Source: Fibrobacterales bacterium (GTDB lineage: Bacteria; Fibrobacterota; Fibrobacteria; Fibrobacterales; JAOPTW01). Taken from it: a stretch of 64,000 nucleotides of DNA. Below are positions 1-8,557 of this stretch, one piece after another. The stretch's first letter is position 1, and every line of letters starts with the position of its first letter. The translations under genes and the position numbers were made by a program. Location of the stretch: contig JAOPTW010000009.1 of assembly GCA_051532035.1 (NCBI GenBank), positions 1 to 64,000 of the forward strand. The letters run 5' to 3'. The notes beneath the pieces are model-generated. The model was given only the letters and a program-made list of their open reading frames with translations, had not been told where the DNA came from and searched no databases.

Positions 1-1105
1 CATCATGTCCAAATCCAGTCATGAGCGGATTGCCTTCAGTTGCAGTAAAGCCACTTAATGATTTTGCTTTTGCGATAACAACAGAGAAGTCCATGCCATC
101 AACGTGTTGACAACCAGGGTATCCAACAACTGAAGTAGTAAATACTTGTGCTGCATACGAATCTTTAGGTTCTTGAATACAGTTCGTGTTAAAAATAAAG
201 GCAACATCTTGTCCTTCAAATTCTTTACGCTGATTCTGCCATGCGGTACCAAAGTGACCAACGAGAGATTTGTGTGCTTTTAATTTTGGATAGCCATGAG
301 CGGGGAGCATTTCACCGTGAGTATATACGCTTACACCGGCTTCATCACATTGCTCAAGAAGTTTGTCGAACATATAAAGGTCATGACCAGAAACAACAAT
401 TGAAGGCCCGGTAACAAGGTCAGTACTTACAGAAGTTGGTTCCGGAGTTCCAAATGCTTCGATGTGTGCAGTATTAAGGATAGCCATGCAAGTAATGTTT
501 ACTTCGCCACATTTCATGTTGAGAGCAACAAGCTCTTCCATGGTGATGTCATTACGAGTAGACTCAGTAAGTGCTTCTGCAATGTATGCGAATATTGATG
601 GGTCAGTAGCACCAAGAACAGCTGCGTGTTCTGCGTATGCTGCAAGACCTTTAATGCCATAAATAAGAAGTTGAATAAGAGACTGTAGGTCTTCATCTTC
701 ATTTAATGTATTGATCGCATGTTTTTGCGCTTCAATAAGAAGGTCTTGTTGTGCTACACCTTTTGCACTCCAGCTGATAGTAGAAACTTCTGAACCTTCA
801 CGCTCTATTCCCGCAAGCATAGATGCACGGTCGAGCATATTATCTGATTTGTACACCCAATCAATAACAACTTTTTCGTCAAAGTTTACGTTGGTTACAG
901 TAAGGAAGAGTGCTTCAATAATAAAACGATCAATTTCTGGGTCTACGTTACCATTTTTGCGTGCTTCAGTTACAAGAAAACTGATACCTTTGACTTGAGC
1001 GAGAATAAGGTCAAAAAGATCCGAAACGATAGCTGGCTTTCCACATACCGCTACTTTAGAACACCCTACGCCTTTGTTTGCTTGTTCACATTGATTACAA
1101 AACAT
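1..1105 (-). CDS. hcp: Hydroxylamine reductase (hybrid-cluster protein), 3' part runs off the window start
   Basis: Absent from the ORF track because it is truncated. Manual translation from ATG at 1105 gives MFCNQCEQANKGVGCSKVAVCGK (Hcp N-terminal Cys cluster), later VSGHD, YTHGEMLPAHGYP and LVGHFGTAWQNQ. Confidence 0.96.
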   Translation of the reverse strand, partial: MFCNQCEQANKGVGCSKVAVCGKPAIVSDLFDLILAQVKGISFLVTEARKNGNVDPEIDRFIIEALFLTVTNVNFDEKVVIDWVYKSDNMLDRASMLAGIEREGSEVSTISWSAKGVAQQDLLIEAQKHAINTLNEDEDLQSLIQLLIYGIKGLAAYAEHAAVLGATDPSIFAYIAEALTESTRNDITMEELVALNMKCGEVNITCMAILNTAHIEAFGTPEPTSVSTDLVTGPSIVVSGHDLYMFDKLLEQCDEAGVSVYTHGEMLPAHGYPKLKAHKSLVGHFGTAWQNQRKEFEGQDVAFIFNTNCIQEPKDSYAAQVFTTSVVGYPGCQHVDGMDFSVVIAKAKSLSGFTATEGNPLMTGFGHD

Positions 1106-1160
1106 CTCTACTTCCTTTATTATTAATTGTGCACTTGAGTGCCTTTTGTTATTGAGACAA

Positions 1161-1202
1161 AGTATAGTAGATAATTAAATATGCTTCTTTGACATGGGTC
1201 AA
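1161..1202 (-). promoter_or_regulatory. FNR/Dnr/HcpR-type box TTGAC-N4-GTCAA (1189-1202) with -10 TATACT (1166-1161) upstream of hcp
   Basis: Perfect palindrome TTGACATGGGTCAA centred about -41.5 from the inferred start, the class II CRP/FNR activator geometry. hcp is commonly controlled by such regulators. Confidence 0.8.
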
Positions 1203-1276
1203 GAAAAAGAATAAAAGGACGTTGAGGGCAGTTATTAAGTTAATTGGTCTAATAATGGCCCTTTTCACAGCGTTTT

Positions 1277-1303
1277 AATGTCAACAAAAGTGAGCCAATG
1301 TCA
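1277..1303 (+). promoter_or_regulatory. Direct-repeat candidate operator AATGTCAACAAA-N8-AATGTCA
   Basis: Same architecture recurs at 17081-17107. A third copy, ATGTCAACAAATGG, overlaps the start codon at 1382-1395. Confidence 0.6.
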
Positions 1304-1391
1304 CCAATTATATAGAAATAGGCTTTAACTTGTAGTATAATGAGGTATTGAAGAGGTATATTAATTAAGCTCTTAAAAAGGATGTCAACAA

Positions 1392-2240
1392 ATGGAGTCT
1401 AAAAGTAGAGAGAGAGAGATATTTGATTTTCTTGATTATCAAGAATATCTGAGCTATATCTATAAAACTCGTAAAAAGGATAAAACCTATTTTACCTACC
1501 GATATATAGCAGGGAAAGTTGGCATTGATCATAGTTTGGTTGCTCGAATATTTCAGGGTAAACGCCATATTTCAAATAAAAGTATTGGTGCGTTTTGTGA
1601 GGTACTCAATTTCGCAGAGGAAGAAGCGGAATATTTTTTCCATTTAGTAAATTATTGTAAGTCAGAAAAGCCTGAAGTTATTGAGAAGCATTTCGAAAAA
1701 ATGATGGCGCTCCAGCCTTTCAAGGCGCAGCTGATTCAAGAGTCAGAATACAGGCTTTTTAAAAACTGGTATGTACAAGCGATACATGCACTCCTAGAAT
1801 TCTTTCCCTTTAGTGATGATTATCGATCCCTTGCTCTTAAGCTTAGTCCACAAGTTTCGTTGGTACAGGCCGAAGAAGCTATTACTATTCTAAAAAGTTT
1901 AAAATTTATAGATCGCGATACTGAGGGTAATTGGCGGCCAGTTCATGCGGGCCTTACTTCTGGTGACCGCTGGAAGAGCGCCGCTATACATGCCTATCAT
2001 AAAGAAGTTCTTACCATGGCTGCAAACTCCCTCGAACTTCATAAAAAAAATCAGCGTGACTTTTCTTCACTCACTATATCTATTCCTTCCGATTCTATAC
2101 CAAAAATTAAAGAGGTTTTAAAGCAGGCCCGCGAAAGTATCATTCAGATACTGGGAGAAAAGCCGCCAGAACAGAGTAATGCAGTCTATCAGGTTGCGCT
2201 TAATCTTTTTCCTATGAGTCGTATAGAGGAGATCAGATAG
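1392..2240 (+). CDS. TIGR02147 family protein (N-terminal HTH-like + DUF4423), copy 1
   Basis: IFDFLDYQEYL, FTYRYIAGK, GKRHIS, WYVQAI, RDFSSLTISI and C-terminal YQVALNLFPM; 282 aa. Confidence 0.9.
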   Translation: MESKSREREIFDFLDYQEYLSYIYKTRKKDKTYFTYRYIAGKVGIDHSLVARIFQGKRHISNKSIGAFCEVLNFAEEEAEYFFHLVNYCKSEKPEVIEKHFEKMMALQPFKAQLIQESEYRLFKNWYVQAIHALLEFFPFSDDYRSLALKLSPQVSLVQAEEAITILKSLKFIDRDTEGNWRPVHAGLTSGDRWKSAAIHAYHKEVLTMAANSLELHKKNQRDFSSLTISIPSDSIPKIKEVLKQARESIIQILGEKPPEQSNAVYQVALNLFPMSRIEEIR

Positions 2241-2241
2241 A

Positions 2242-3588
2242 ATGAAAGTATGTGCTATATCAATATTGGCAGGTTTGAGCTTTGTTGTACTAGGGTGTAG
2301 CCTTAATGATAGTTCAACTACCTCGGGGACATATATAGAAACGACAAATGGTGTTGCTGGTGTTGCTGGTGTTGTTCGGGGTTCTGATTCAGAAGAGGTA
2401 TATGGCGCGCAGGTACGCCTCAGGTCTAAGGGGTACCTTGTACCTCCACTCGCGGCAAGTAGTTTTGAAAAATATGATACAGAAACCGATCGTGTTGGGT
2501 ATTTTGCAATCGGTTCAGTGGGGCCAGGTGAATATGTTCTTGAAATTGTGACAGAAGATGCACTAGGGAAGGCGAGAGAGATCGTGATTACTGATAAAGA
2601 CTCTTTTGTTGCGGTGAATGAAATAGTTTCACCATTAGGAAGGGTCAATGGTGCTATTGCCCCATCGCGAATGAGTGATAATCCAGCACAAATTTGGGTA
2701 CAAGTCTATGGGTTCGAACGTCTCATTGCCGTAGATAGCTTGGGTAGGTTTGCTACTGCCTTACCAGAGGGGGCCTACAGGTTTCGTGTGGTGTACGGTG
2801 ATTCGACCCGTATAGGTTTTGACTACTCTACTGTTACGGTGACAGCAGGTGGCGTAGTGAACCTAGATACTCTTGGTAGTATCTTGCTTGGGGGTGTAGT
2901 GAGTTCGAGCTCCACGTTAAGTGTAGATGTATCGTCGTCTATTGTAGAAGAATTGAGTAGTAGTGCTGTTTTTTCGAGTGTAGCAGAGGTTGACTTGCCT
3001 GTTCCTGATTATATGAAAGAGTTTGGGGGTGTTTTAGATGGGAATGGTCTGCTCAATTTTGGAGATGAAACACAAGAATTTGATCCGTTGGACAGTGGTT
3101 TCACCGTTCATTTTAGTTTCTCCTATTCTCAAACGGGTATACAGTACCTGGTCATGAAGGGGAACACCTTTAGTAGCGAGGCAGGTTGGAGTTTTTTCAT
3201 TGATGTTGATGATAAGATATATTGGCGTATAAATCCATTTGATAATGATGAGTATAAAGCAGCAATGAATTTTCAATTGACGGAAGAGATGCTGTATAAA
3301 ATTCACACAGTTACTGGCGTTGTAGATAGAGAGACTCAGGAGTTGAGAGGGTATATTAATGGGTCGTCAACTGGCTGGAAAAAGGGCGGAGGGGGTGTTT
3401 CGGGGAGTTCGATAGCTCAATTCCCTTCGGTCACTACGACTGAGAATATTACTGTAGGCGGTTCTCTCCATAGTAAAGATGAGCCGGGTAGTGGGTTATT
3501 TAGTGGCTATTTTGGAGCGGTATCAATTTTCAAGAGAACACTCACTGTTGAAGAGATCGAGCTACTTGAGAATGAGTACTTTTTTTGA
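2242..3588 (+). CDS. Lipoprotein with carboxypeptidase-regulatory-like beta domains, Ser-rich linker and C-terminal LamG-like domain
   Basis: Lipobox VVLG-C; SGTYIETTN motif; TDRVGYF; LamG-like GWSFFI...YING...FSGYFGAVSIFKRTLTVEEI. Confidence 0.8.
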   Translation: MKVCAISILAGLSFVVLGCSLNDSSTTSGTYIETTNGVAGVAGVVRGSDSEEVYGAQVRLRSKGYLVPPLAASSFEKYDTETDRVGYFAIGSVGPGEYVLEIVTEDALGKAREIVITDKDSFVAVNEIVSPLGRVNGAIAPSRMSDNPAQIWVQVYGFERLIAVDSLGRFATALPEGAYRFRVVYGDSTRIGFDYSTVTVTAGGVVNLDTLGSILLGGVVSSSSTLSVDVSSSIVEELSSSAVFSSVAEVDLPVPDYMKEFGGVLDGNGLLNFGDETQEFDPLDSGFTVHFSFSYSQTGIQYLVMKGNTFSSEAGWSFFIDVDDKIYWRINPFDNDEYKAAMNFQLTEEMLYKIHTVTGVVDRETQELRGYINGSSTGWKKGGGGVSGSSIAQFPSVTTTENITVGGSLHSKDEPGSGLFSGYFGAVSIFKRTLTVEEIELLENEYFF

Positions 3589-3638
3589 GGCCGTATCATA
3601 GCGTCTGTGCACAATTATTTTTAAAAGTGCCAATACCA

Positions 3639-5402
3639 TTATAATTCAAAAAAATCATTATCTTCAATAGGAAAGGGAGTTTGTACTATGATACTGTCTC
3701 CAAGCAGCTCTTTAATGCCGCTATTTATTGATTGTGCATCAGTTGTCGTGTGAAAGGTACGCACGGTATCATTTGGTGAAAAGAGTGCTTTGTATGCACT
3801 ATCTGAATAAAATATTAAGGTGGGTATACTATTCTCTTTAATGCTTTTTTGATAGGCGGATATTGTCTCAGCTGATTCGTTATCAATACAGTAATATATG
3901 GCGAGTGAAAGGGAGTGAGACTGTTCCAAAAGTTCTTGAGGGCTCCCTATCGGTTTTTCGGTAAATCCAGTTGATGTTAAATAGAAGAGGTGTGAATCAA
4001 AAGGCCGGCCAGTGTTGTTAATGATGCCGAGGGTGAGTGGGGTTGCCCCTGAGGAGGGTGAGAAGATAGTCTCAGGGAGTTCTTTGTGCTCAACACCGAG
4101 GTAATCTATAAAAAATGAGATTTTTTTAAGGGTGCTTTTAAAGAATGACCCAGGGAAGTCTTCCTCGAGTCTGAATCGTGAAAAAAGCTCATGAGGGATG
4201 GAGTAGAGGATTTCGTCTGAGCTTCTGCCGATACGTGATGCTTTGGCAAATTGATCAGCCAAAGTAACGGCTCGAATAAGAGTTGATTGGTCATGTGGTA
4301 GATCACTATCAGAAATATCATTGGATGACTCTTCGAGAGTGAGTATAAGGTCGCGTGGCATATTCCATTTGCTAAAGAGTTCTGCCATAAAAATATTTTG
4401 ATCGAGCCTTAGCAGAGACAATCCGGATTCAGCAAAGCTACAGTTATTTGAATGAGTGTGTTCAATAAGCATTTCAAAAATATCTTCAAAAAAGCAATCA
4501 TACAGTAGTGATGCATAGTCGTGGAGTAGGCCACATAAAAAAGCGAGAGCAGGATTGGGGTGGTTGGCGCGTTTGGCGAGTTTCTCTGTAAAGAGGGCGG
4601 TTGCTAGGCTGTGGTACCAAAACTCGGTGCGGTTAAATCCAGGGGTCTTCATCTCTTTGGTGTCGATAAGTTGAATGACAGACAATCCGATAGCCACCTG
4701 TTGGGTCGCTTCAAATCCAATACGAATAATTGCATCATGTATGGTTGTAATGTCTCGATTTAAACTCGAGAACACCACCGAGTTTGAAAGTTTAACAATA
4801 GAGGTTGCAATTGAGGCATCCGTTGATATTACCTGGGCAAGTTCATGGGTGCTTGAGTTGTCTGAATGAGTGAGATCAACAATTTTTCCAATGGTATTGG
4901 GGAAGGCCATTAGTTTGCCGACTTCTTCTACCATGATCTCAATTTTTTCATGCATAGGAGTTTTCGGGCTGAGTAATACCAATTGGGTTTTGGCACTCTG
5001 CTCTGTCTGGGTTTCGTGGAGCAGTTTTTCTACTTCAGGGCCAATCAATTTTATAAGTGCTTGAAAAATACGCGATATTTTAAGAGGCCGGGGGTAGTAA
5101 TTGAGTATGCCAACACTATTGTACTGTTTCCGTTTTGCTATGGTGAGCTCATTCCCGTAGCAGATGAGAGAAGTGCTGGATAGCTTTTTATTGTTACGGA
5201 TAAGGTTAACTAAATGGAGTTGTTCACGGTCATCCTGGGGGAGCTCAAGCAGGATTGCGTCGGGTTTAAATTTGAGAAGCTCTAAATAACTTCCCACAAA
5301 AGGAGGAAATTTTTTTGTTTCGAATTTGCGCTGAGAAAACGCAGTATCAAAAATATGCACCTCTTGCTGGTGTGTTCCGATGAAAGCAATTTTTATAGTC
5401 AT
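3639..5402 (-). CDS. HDOD-domain signalling protein with N-terminal pseudo-receiver domain
   Basis: LMAFP...ISTDASIATSIVKLSNS...FWYHSLATA...AFLCGLLHDY (HDOD). N-terminal KPDAILLELP...PRPL is receiver-like with Glu at the phospho-Asp position. Confidence 0.85.
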   Translation of the reverse strand: MTIKIAFIGTHQQEVHIFDTAFSQRKFETKKFPPFVGSYLELLKFKPDAILLELPQDDREQLHLVNLIRNNKKLSSTSLICYGNELTIAKRKQYNSVGILNYYPRPLKISRIFQALIKLIGPEVEKLLHETQTEQSAKTQLVLLSPKTPMHEKIEIMVEEVGKLMAFPNTIGKIVDLTHSDNSSTHELAQVISTDASIATSIVKLSNSVVFSSLNRDITTIHDAIIRIGFEATQQVAIGLSVIQLIDTKEMKTPGFNRTEFWYHSLATALFTEKLAKRANHPNPALAFLCGLLHDYASLLYDCFFEDIFEMLIEHTHSNNCSFAESGLSLLRLDQNIFMAELFSKWNMPRDLILTLEESSNDISDSDLPHDQSTLIRAVTLADQFAKASRIGRSSDEILYSIPHELFSRFRLEEDFPGSFFKSTLKKISFFIDYLGVEHKELPETIFSPSSGATPLTLGIINNTGRPFDSHLFYLTSTGFTEKPIGSPQELLEQSHSLSLAIYYCIDNESAETISAYQKSIKENSIPTLIFYSDSAYKALFSPNDTVRTFHTTTDAQSINSGIKELLGDSIIVQTPFPIEDNDFFEL

Positions 5403-5408
5403 GTTGAG

Positions 5409-5417
5409 ATTATACCA
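5409..5417 (-). promoter_or_regulatory. Extended -10 (TGGTATAAT) 6 nt before the HDOD start codon, probably a leaderless mRNA
   Basis: Minus strand reads TGGTATAAT-ctcaac-ATG with no RBS. Confidence 0.6.
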
Positions 5418-5814
5418 TATGTTTTGGTATTTGAGCTACTGTTTTGTGCTCTTACAATGGATGATCTTCAATCTTTTTGGATTTTGCTAGGGTATTGTGT
5501 GCTTACTTTTAATTTAAGTCGTGGTTTTAGTTAATGAGCGGCTTTTGTTGGAAGGGTGTTGGGTGAATAGAAAAGAGGACCTTTTTATACTTGTTAATCA
5601 ATCGATACACTTTCTAGTAGGGGAGTGAAAAGGGGGTGTTCCATGAGGATGGGGATGCAGTGATTGCTCTCTCTGATTCTCAAGCAGAAGGCACCCTTTT
5701 TTTAGTGCTTCATTAAAATTTGTATTACTTCTATAATATCAAGGTGTTAGTGATTTGTTTGTGTATACATCCATTAAAGGATGGGGCTTGATATAGAGTC
5801 TCATTCGCTCAAAC

Positions 5815-5896
5815 ACACAACATGTAGTGTTTAATTATTTTCTGTGGCACTACATATTATGTAGACACGAATGTAAAATAAAACTATACATTGGAA
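5815..5896 (+). promoter_or_regulatory. Tandem NrdR boxes upstream of nrdJ
   Basis: ACACAACATGTAGTGT (5815-5830), GCACTACATATTATGT (5847-5862, 32 bp later) and weaker AAACTATACATTGGAA (5881-5896) match the consensus acaCwAtATaTwGtgt. Confidence 0.8.
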
Positions 5897-5997
5897 AGTC
5901 CCACCTTTTGGGGCACGTTTCAACGTCATTATTAATTGAAATTGAACTCTACTTGTGCGTAGAGTATAGGATCAGTTTCGCAAATTTTAGGAGCACT

Positions 5998-8244
5998 ATG
6001 TCTATCAAAGAGTTACAGGAATACACCAGAATATCAAAATATGCACGGTATAATCACGAGTTTAAGCGTCGTGAAACATGGGCAGAGCAGGTGGATCGTG
6101 TAATGGATATGCATAAAGAAAAATATGGAGAGGTGTTTCCCCTTATTGAAAAAGATTGGGAGTTTACTAAAGGGCTCATGCTCGAAAAAAGAATTTTAGG
6201 CTCACAGCGTGCTCTTCAATTTGGTGGCTCTGCAATTCTTAAGAAACACGAACGTCTCTATAATTGCTCTGCAACATATATTGATCGCTTGAGATCATTT
6301 CAAGAGACTATTTACCTCGCGCTGTGCGGTGTTGGTGTTGGGTTCTCGGTACAAAAGCATCATATTGCTCAGCTCCCTGCATTAGTTAAAGAAAAATCAA
6401 CAAATACACGCACCTATACTATTGAAGACTCTATTGAGGGTTGGGCAGATGCTACAGGTGCACTGGTTAACTCATTTTTTGATACCGAGAGTAAATATTC
6501 TGGCCTTGATGTTGAATTTGATTACACCGCGATTAGACCGGCGGGGGCTTATATTAAGTCAAGTGGTACAAAAGCACCAGGGCCTGATGGTCTTAGAATT
6601 AGTTTGGTTAAAGTAAAAGAGCTTCTGACGCAATGTGTAGAAAATGGTCAAGAGCGTGTTCGCCCCATTCAGGCCTATGATATCCTTATGTACCTCAGTG
6701 ATGCAGTCGTATCTGGCGGGATTCGTAGAGCGGCAACAATTTGTCTCTTCTCACACGATGATGATGAAATGCTCAAAGCAAAAACGGGCAACTGGTTTGT
6801 GGAAAATCCACAAAGAGGTCGTTCAAATAACTCGGTACTACTTCTCAGAAATGAAATCGGTTTTGATACGTTCAAAAATATTATGACTTCGGTTAAAGAG
6901 TATGGTGAGCCAGGGTTTGTATGGGCTGACGATAAAGAGATGCTCTTTAATCCTTGTGCCGAAATTGGTCTCTATGCAAAACATTGGGAGACGGGTGAGT
7001 CGGGTATTGAGTTCTGTAATTTATGTGAAATTAATATTAAAGTGTGTGATACCAAGCAACTCTTTTTAGATGCTTGTAAAGCGTGTGCAATTTTGGGTAC
7101 TTTTCAGGCGGGATACACTGATTTTCCATACCTCGGTAAAGTTTCTGAAGAGATTATTCGTAAAGAGGCACTGATTGGTGTGTCTATGACTGGTATGATG
7201 GATAGACCAGAGATCGCCTTTGATGAAGAACTTCAAAAAGAAGGCGCGCGCCTTATTAATGAGACGAATCAAAGAATTGCTTCAGTTATTGGGATTAATC
7301 CTGCAGCACGAACAACTTGTGTTAAGCCAAGTGGTAGTGCATCATGTATTTTAGGTACTTCATCGGGAATTCATCCGGGCCATGCAAAGCGCTATTTCAG
7401 AAGAGTGCAAGCAAATAAACTTGAGGCGACACTCGATTTTTTCAAAAGCTTTAATCCAAATGCTGTAGAGTCCTCAGTGTGGGATGCGAATGGCACAACT
7501 GATGTAATCACTTTTTTATGTGAAGTTTCAGATGGTTCAAAAACAAAAGACAATGTGAGTGCTGTTGAGCTTCTCGATCATGTAAAATCGACCAAGCTTA
7601 ATTGGATTGATGAAGGTAAAAATGTTGACCTTTGTGTGAAGCCTTGGTTGTCGCACAATGTTTCTAATACCATCAATGTATTGCCTTCCGAATGGGATGA
7701 AATCACAGAGTACATTTATGAAAATCGTCACTGCTTTGCGGGTATTTCACTCCTCCCGACGTCAGGTGATAAAGATTATCCTCAAGCGCCTTTCACTACA
7801 GTGCATACTCCAGAAGAAATTGTGGGTATGTATGGTGATGGGTCACTTATGGCAAGTGGTCTTATTGTACATGCGCTTAATGCCTTTGAGAATAATTTAT
7901 GGGCCGCCTGTGATAGTGTTCTGGGAATGGGGGAGAAGCTTGAAATTCCTGAGAATATAATCGTCAACAGAACTGATGAAGAAGTTAAGGATTATGTACA
8001 GGGTGTCATAGAAAAGAAAAACTGGGTGCGTCGTGCTAAAAAATTTGCACAAAACTATTTTAATGATGATGTACGAACAATGACCTATTGTCTTAAAGAT
8101 GTCCATAACTGGAAGACTTGGTGTGACCTTTCTCGTACATATAGCGATGTGCCTTGGGATCTTTTTTCAGAAGATCAAGATAATACTAATCATGAAGCTG
8201 ATAGTGCTTGTGCTGGTGGTAAGTGTGAGGTTACCTTTTTATAG
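5998..8244 (+). CDS. nrdJ: Class II (adenosylcobalamin-dependent) ribonucleotide reductase, monomeric type, no ATP cone
   Basis: LYNCS, GVGVGFS, VVSGGIRRAA, FNPCAEI (thiyl Cys), FCNLCE, TTCVKPSG and C-terminal CAGGKC. Start moved to ATG 5998, which follows an AGGAG RBS. Confidence 0.92.
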   Translation: MSIKELQEYTRISKYARYNHEFKRRETWAEQVDRVMDMHKEKYGEVFPLIEKDWEFTKGLMLEKRILGSQRALQFGGSAILKKHERLYNCSATYIDRLRSFQETIYLALCGVGVGFSVQKHHIAQLPALVKEKSTNTRTYTIEDSIEGWADATGALVNSFFDTESKYSGLDVEFDYTAIRPAGAYIKSSGTKAPGPDGLRISLVKVKELLTQCVENGQERVRPIQAYDILMYLSDAVVSGGIRRAATICLFSHDDDEMLKAKTGNWFVENPQRGRSNNSVLLLRNEIGFDTFKNIMTSVKEYGEPGFVWADDKEMLFNPCAEIGLYAKHWETGESGIEFCNLCEINIKVCDTKQLFLDACKACAILGTFQAGYTDFPYLGKVSEEIIRKEALIGVSMTGMMDRPEIAFDEELQKEGARLINETNQRIASVIGINPAARTTCVKPSGSASCILGTSSGIHPGHAKRYFRRVQANKLEATLDFFKSFNPNAVESSVWDANGTTDVITFLCEVSDGSKTKDNVSAVELLDHVKSTKLNWIDEGKNVDLCVKPWLSHNVSNTINVLPSEWDEITEYIYENRHCFAGISLLPTSGDKDYPQAPFTTVHTPEEIVGMYGDGSLMASGLIVHALNAFENNLWAACDSVLGMGEKLEIPENIIVNRTDEEVKDYVQGVIEKKNWVRRAKKFAQNYFNDDVRTMTYCLKDVHNWKTWCDLSRTYSDVPWDLFSEDQDNTNHEADSACAGGKCEVTFL

Positions 8245-8267
8245 GTAACTTTCGGCTACGTAATTAT

Positions 8268-8300
8268 AGGAGTACCGTTATGACGGTACTCCTTTTTTTT
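8268..8300 (+). terminator. Intrinsic terminator after nrdJ
   Basis: AGGAGTACCGT-tatg-ACGGTACTCCT followed by a T-run. Confidence 0.9.
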
Positions 8301-8557
8301 GTTCTCAGTTCAATCTCTTAGGGTAAGGTTGTTGTTTAGGTGGTATGAGACAGTAGATTTGGTGTTGTCGAAGCTTTGGTTTTTTGATGCACTCTGATGT
8401 TACCCTGAGTAATATTATCACAATTATAGGTGTGATTGAGTAAAAAATTCACATAAGTATCAATTATTTGTCTTCAAGTATGGGTTAAGTTAAAATCGTT
8501 GCTATACTTAATTACGTTCACTCTAGATGAACTGAAGAATTAAACAAGGGCAAATAC

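Noticed and set aside
55..998. Short ORFs listed at the window start
   Set aside because: Alternative frames or antisense of the truncated hcp gene.
2118..2648. 176-aa antisense ORF (and similar ones such as 41089-41646 and 48746-49216)
   Set aside because: Antisense to well-supported genes, with no recognisable motifs.
5600..5997. Cobalamin riboswitch upstream of nrdJ
   Set aside because: No B12-box or GGGAA...GCCCCCGC.ACTGT core found; kept only as an unassigned hairpin.
5827..5997. N-terminal extension of NrdJ in the ORF track
   Set aside because: Overlaps the NrdR boxes and has no RNR-like sequence; the RBS supports ATG 5998.
5998..8244. Prophage suggested by phage-like nrdJ
   Set aside because: No integrase, structural or other phage genes nearby; host NrdR boxes present.
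8417..8452. CRP-like site upstream of the large lipoprotein
   Set aside because: TGTGA/TCACA half-sites have the wrong orientation or spacing (N8 inverted, N13) for CRP.
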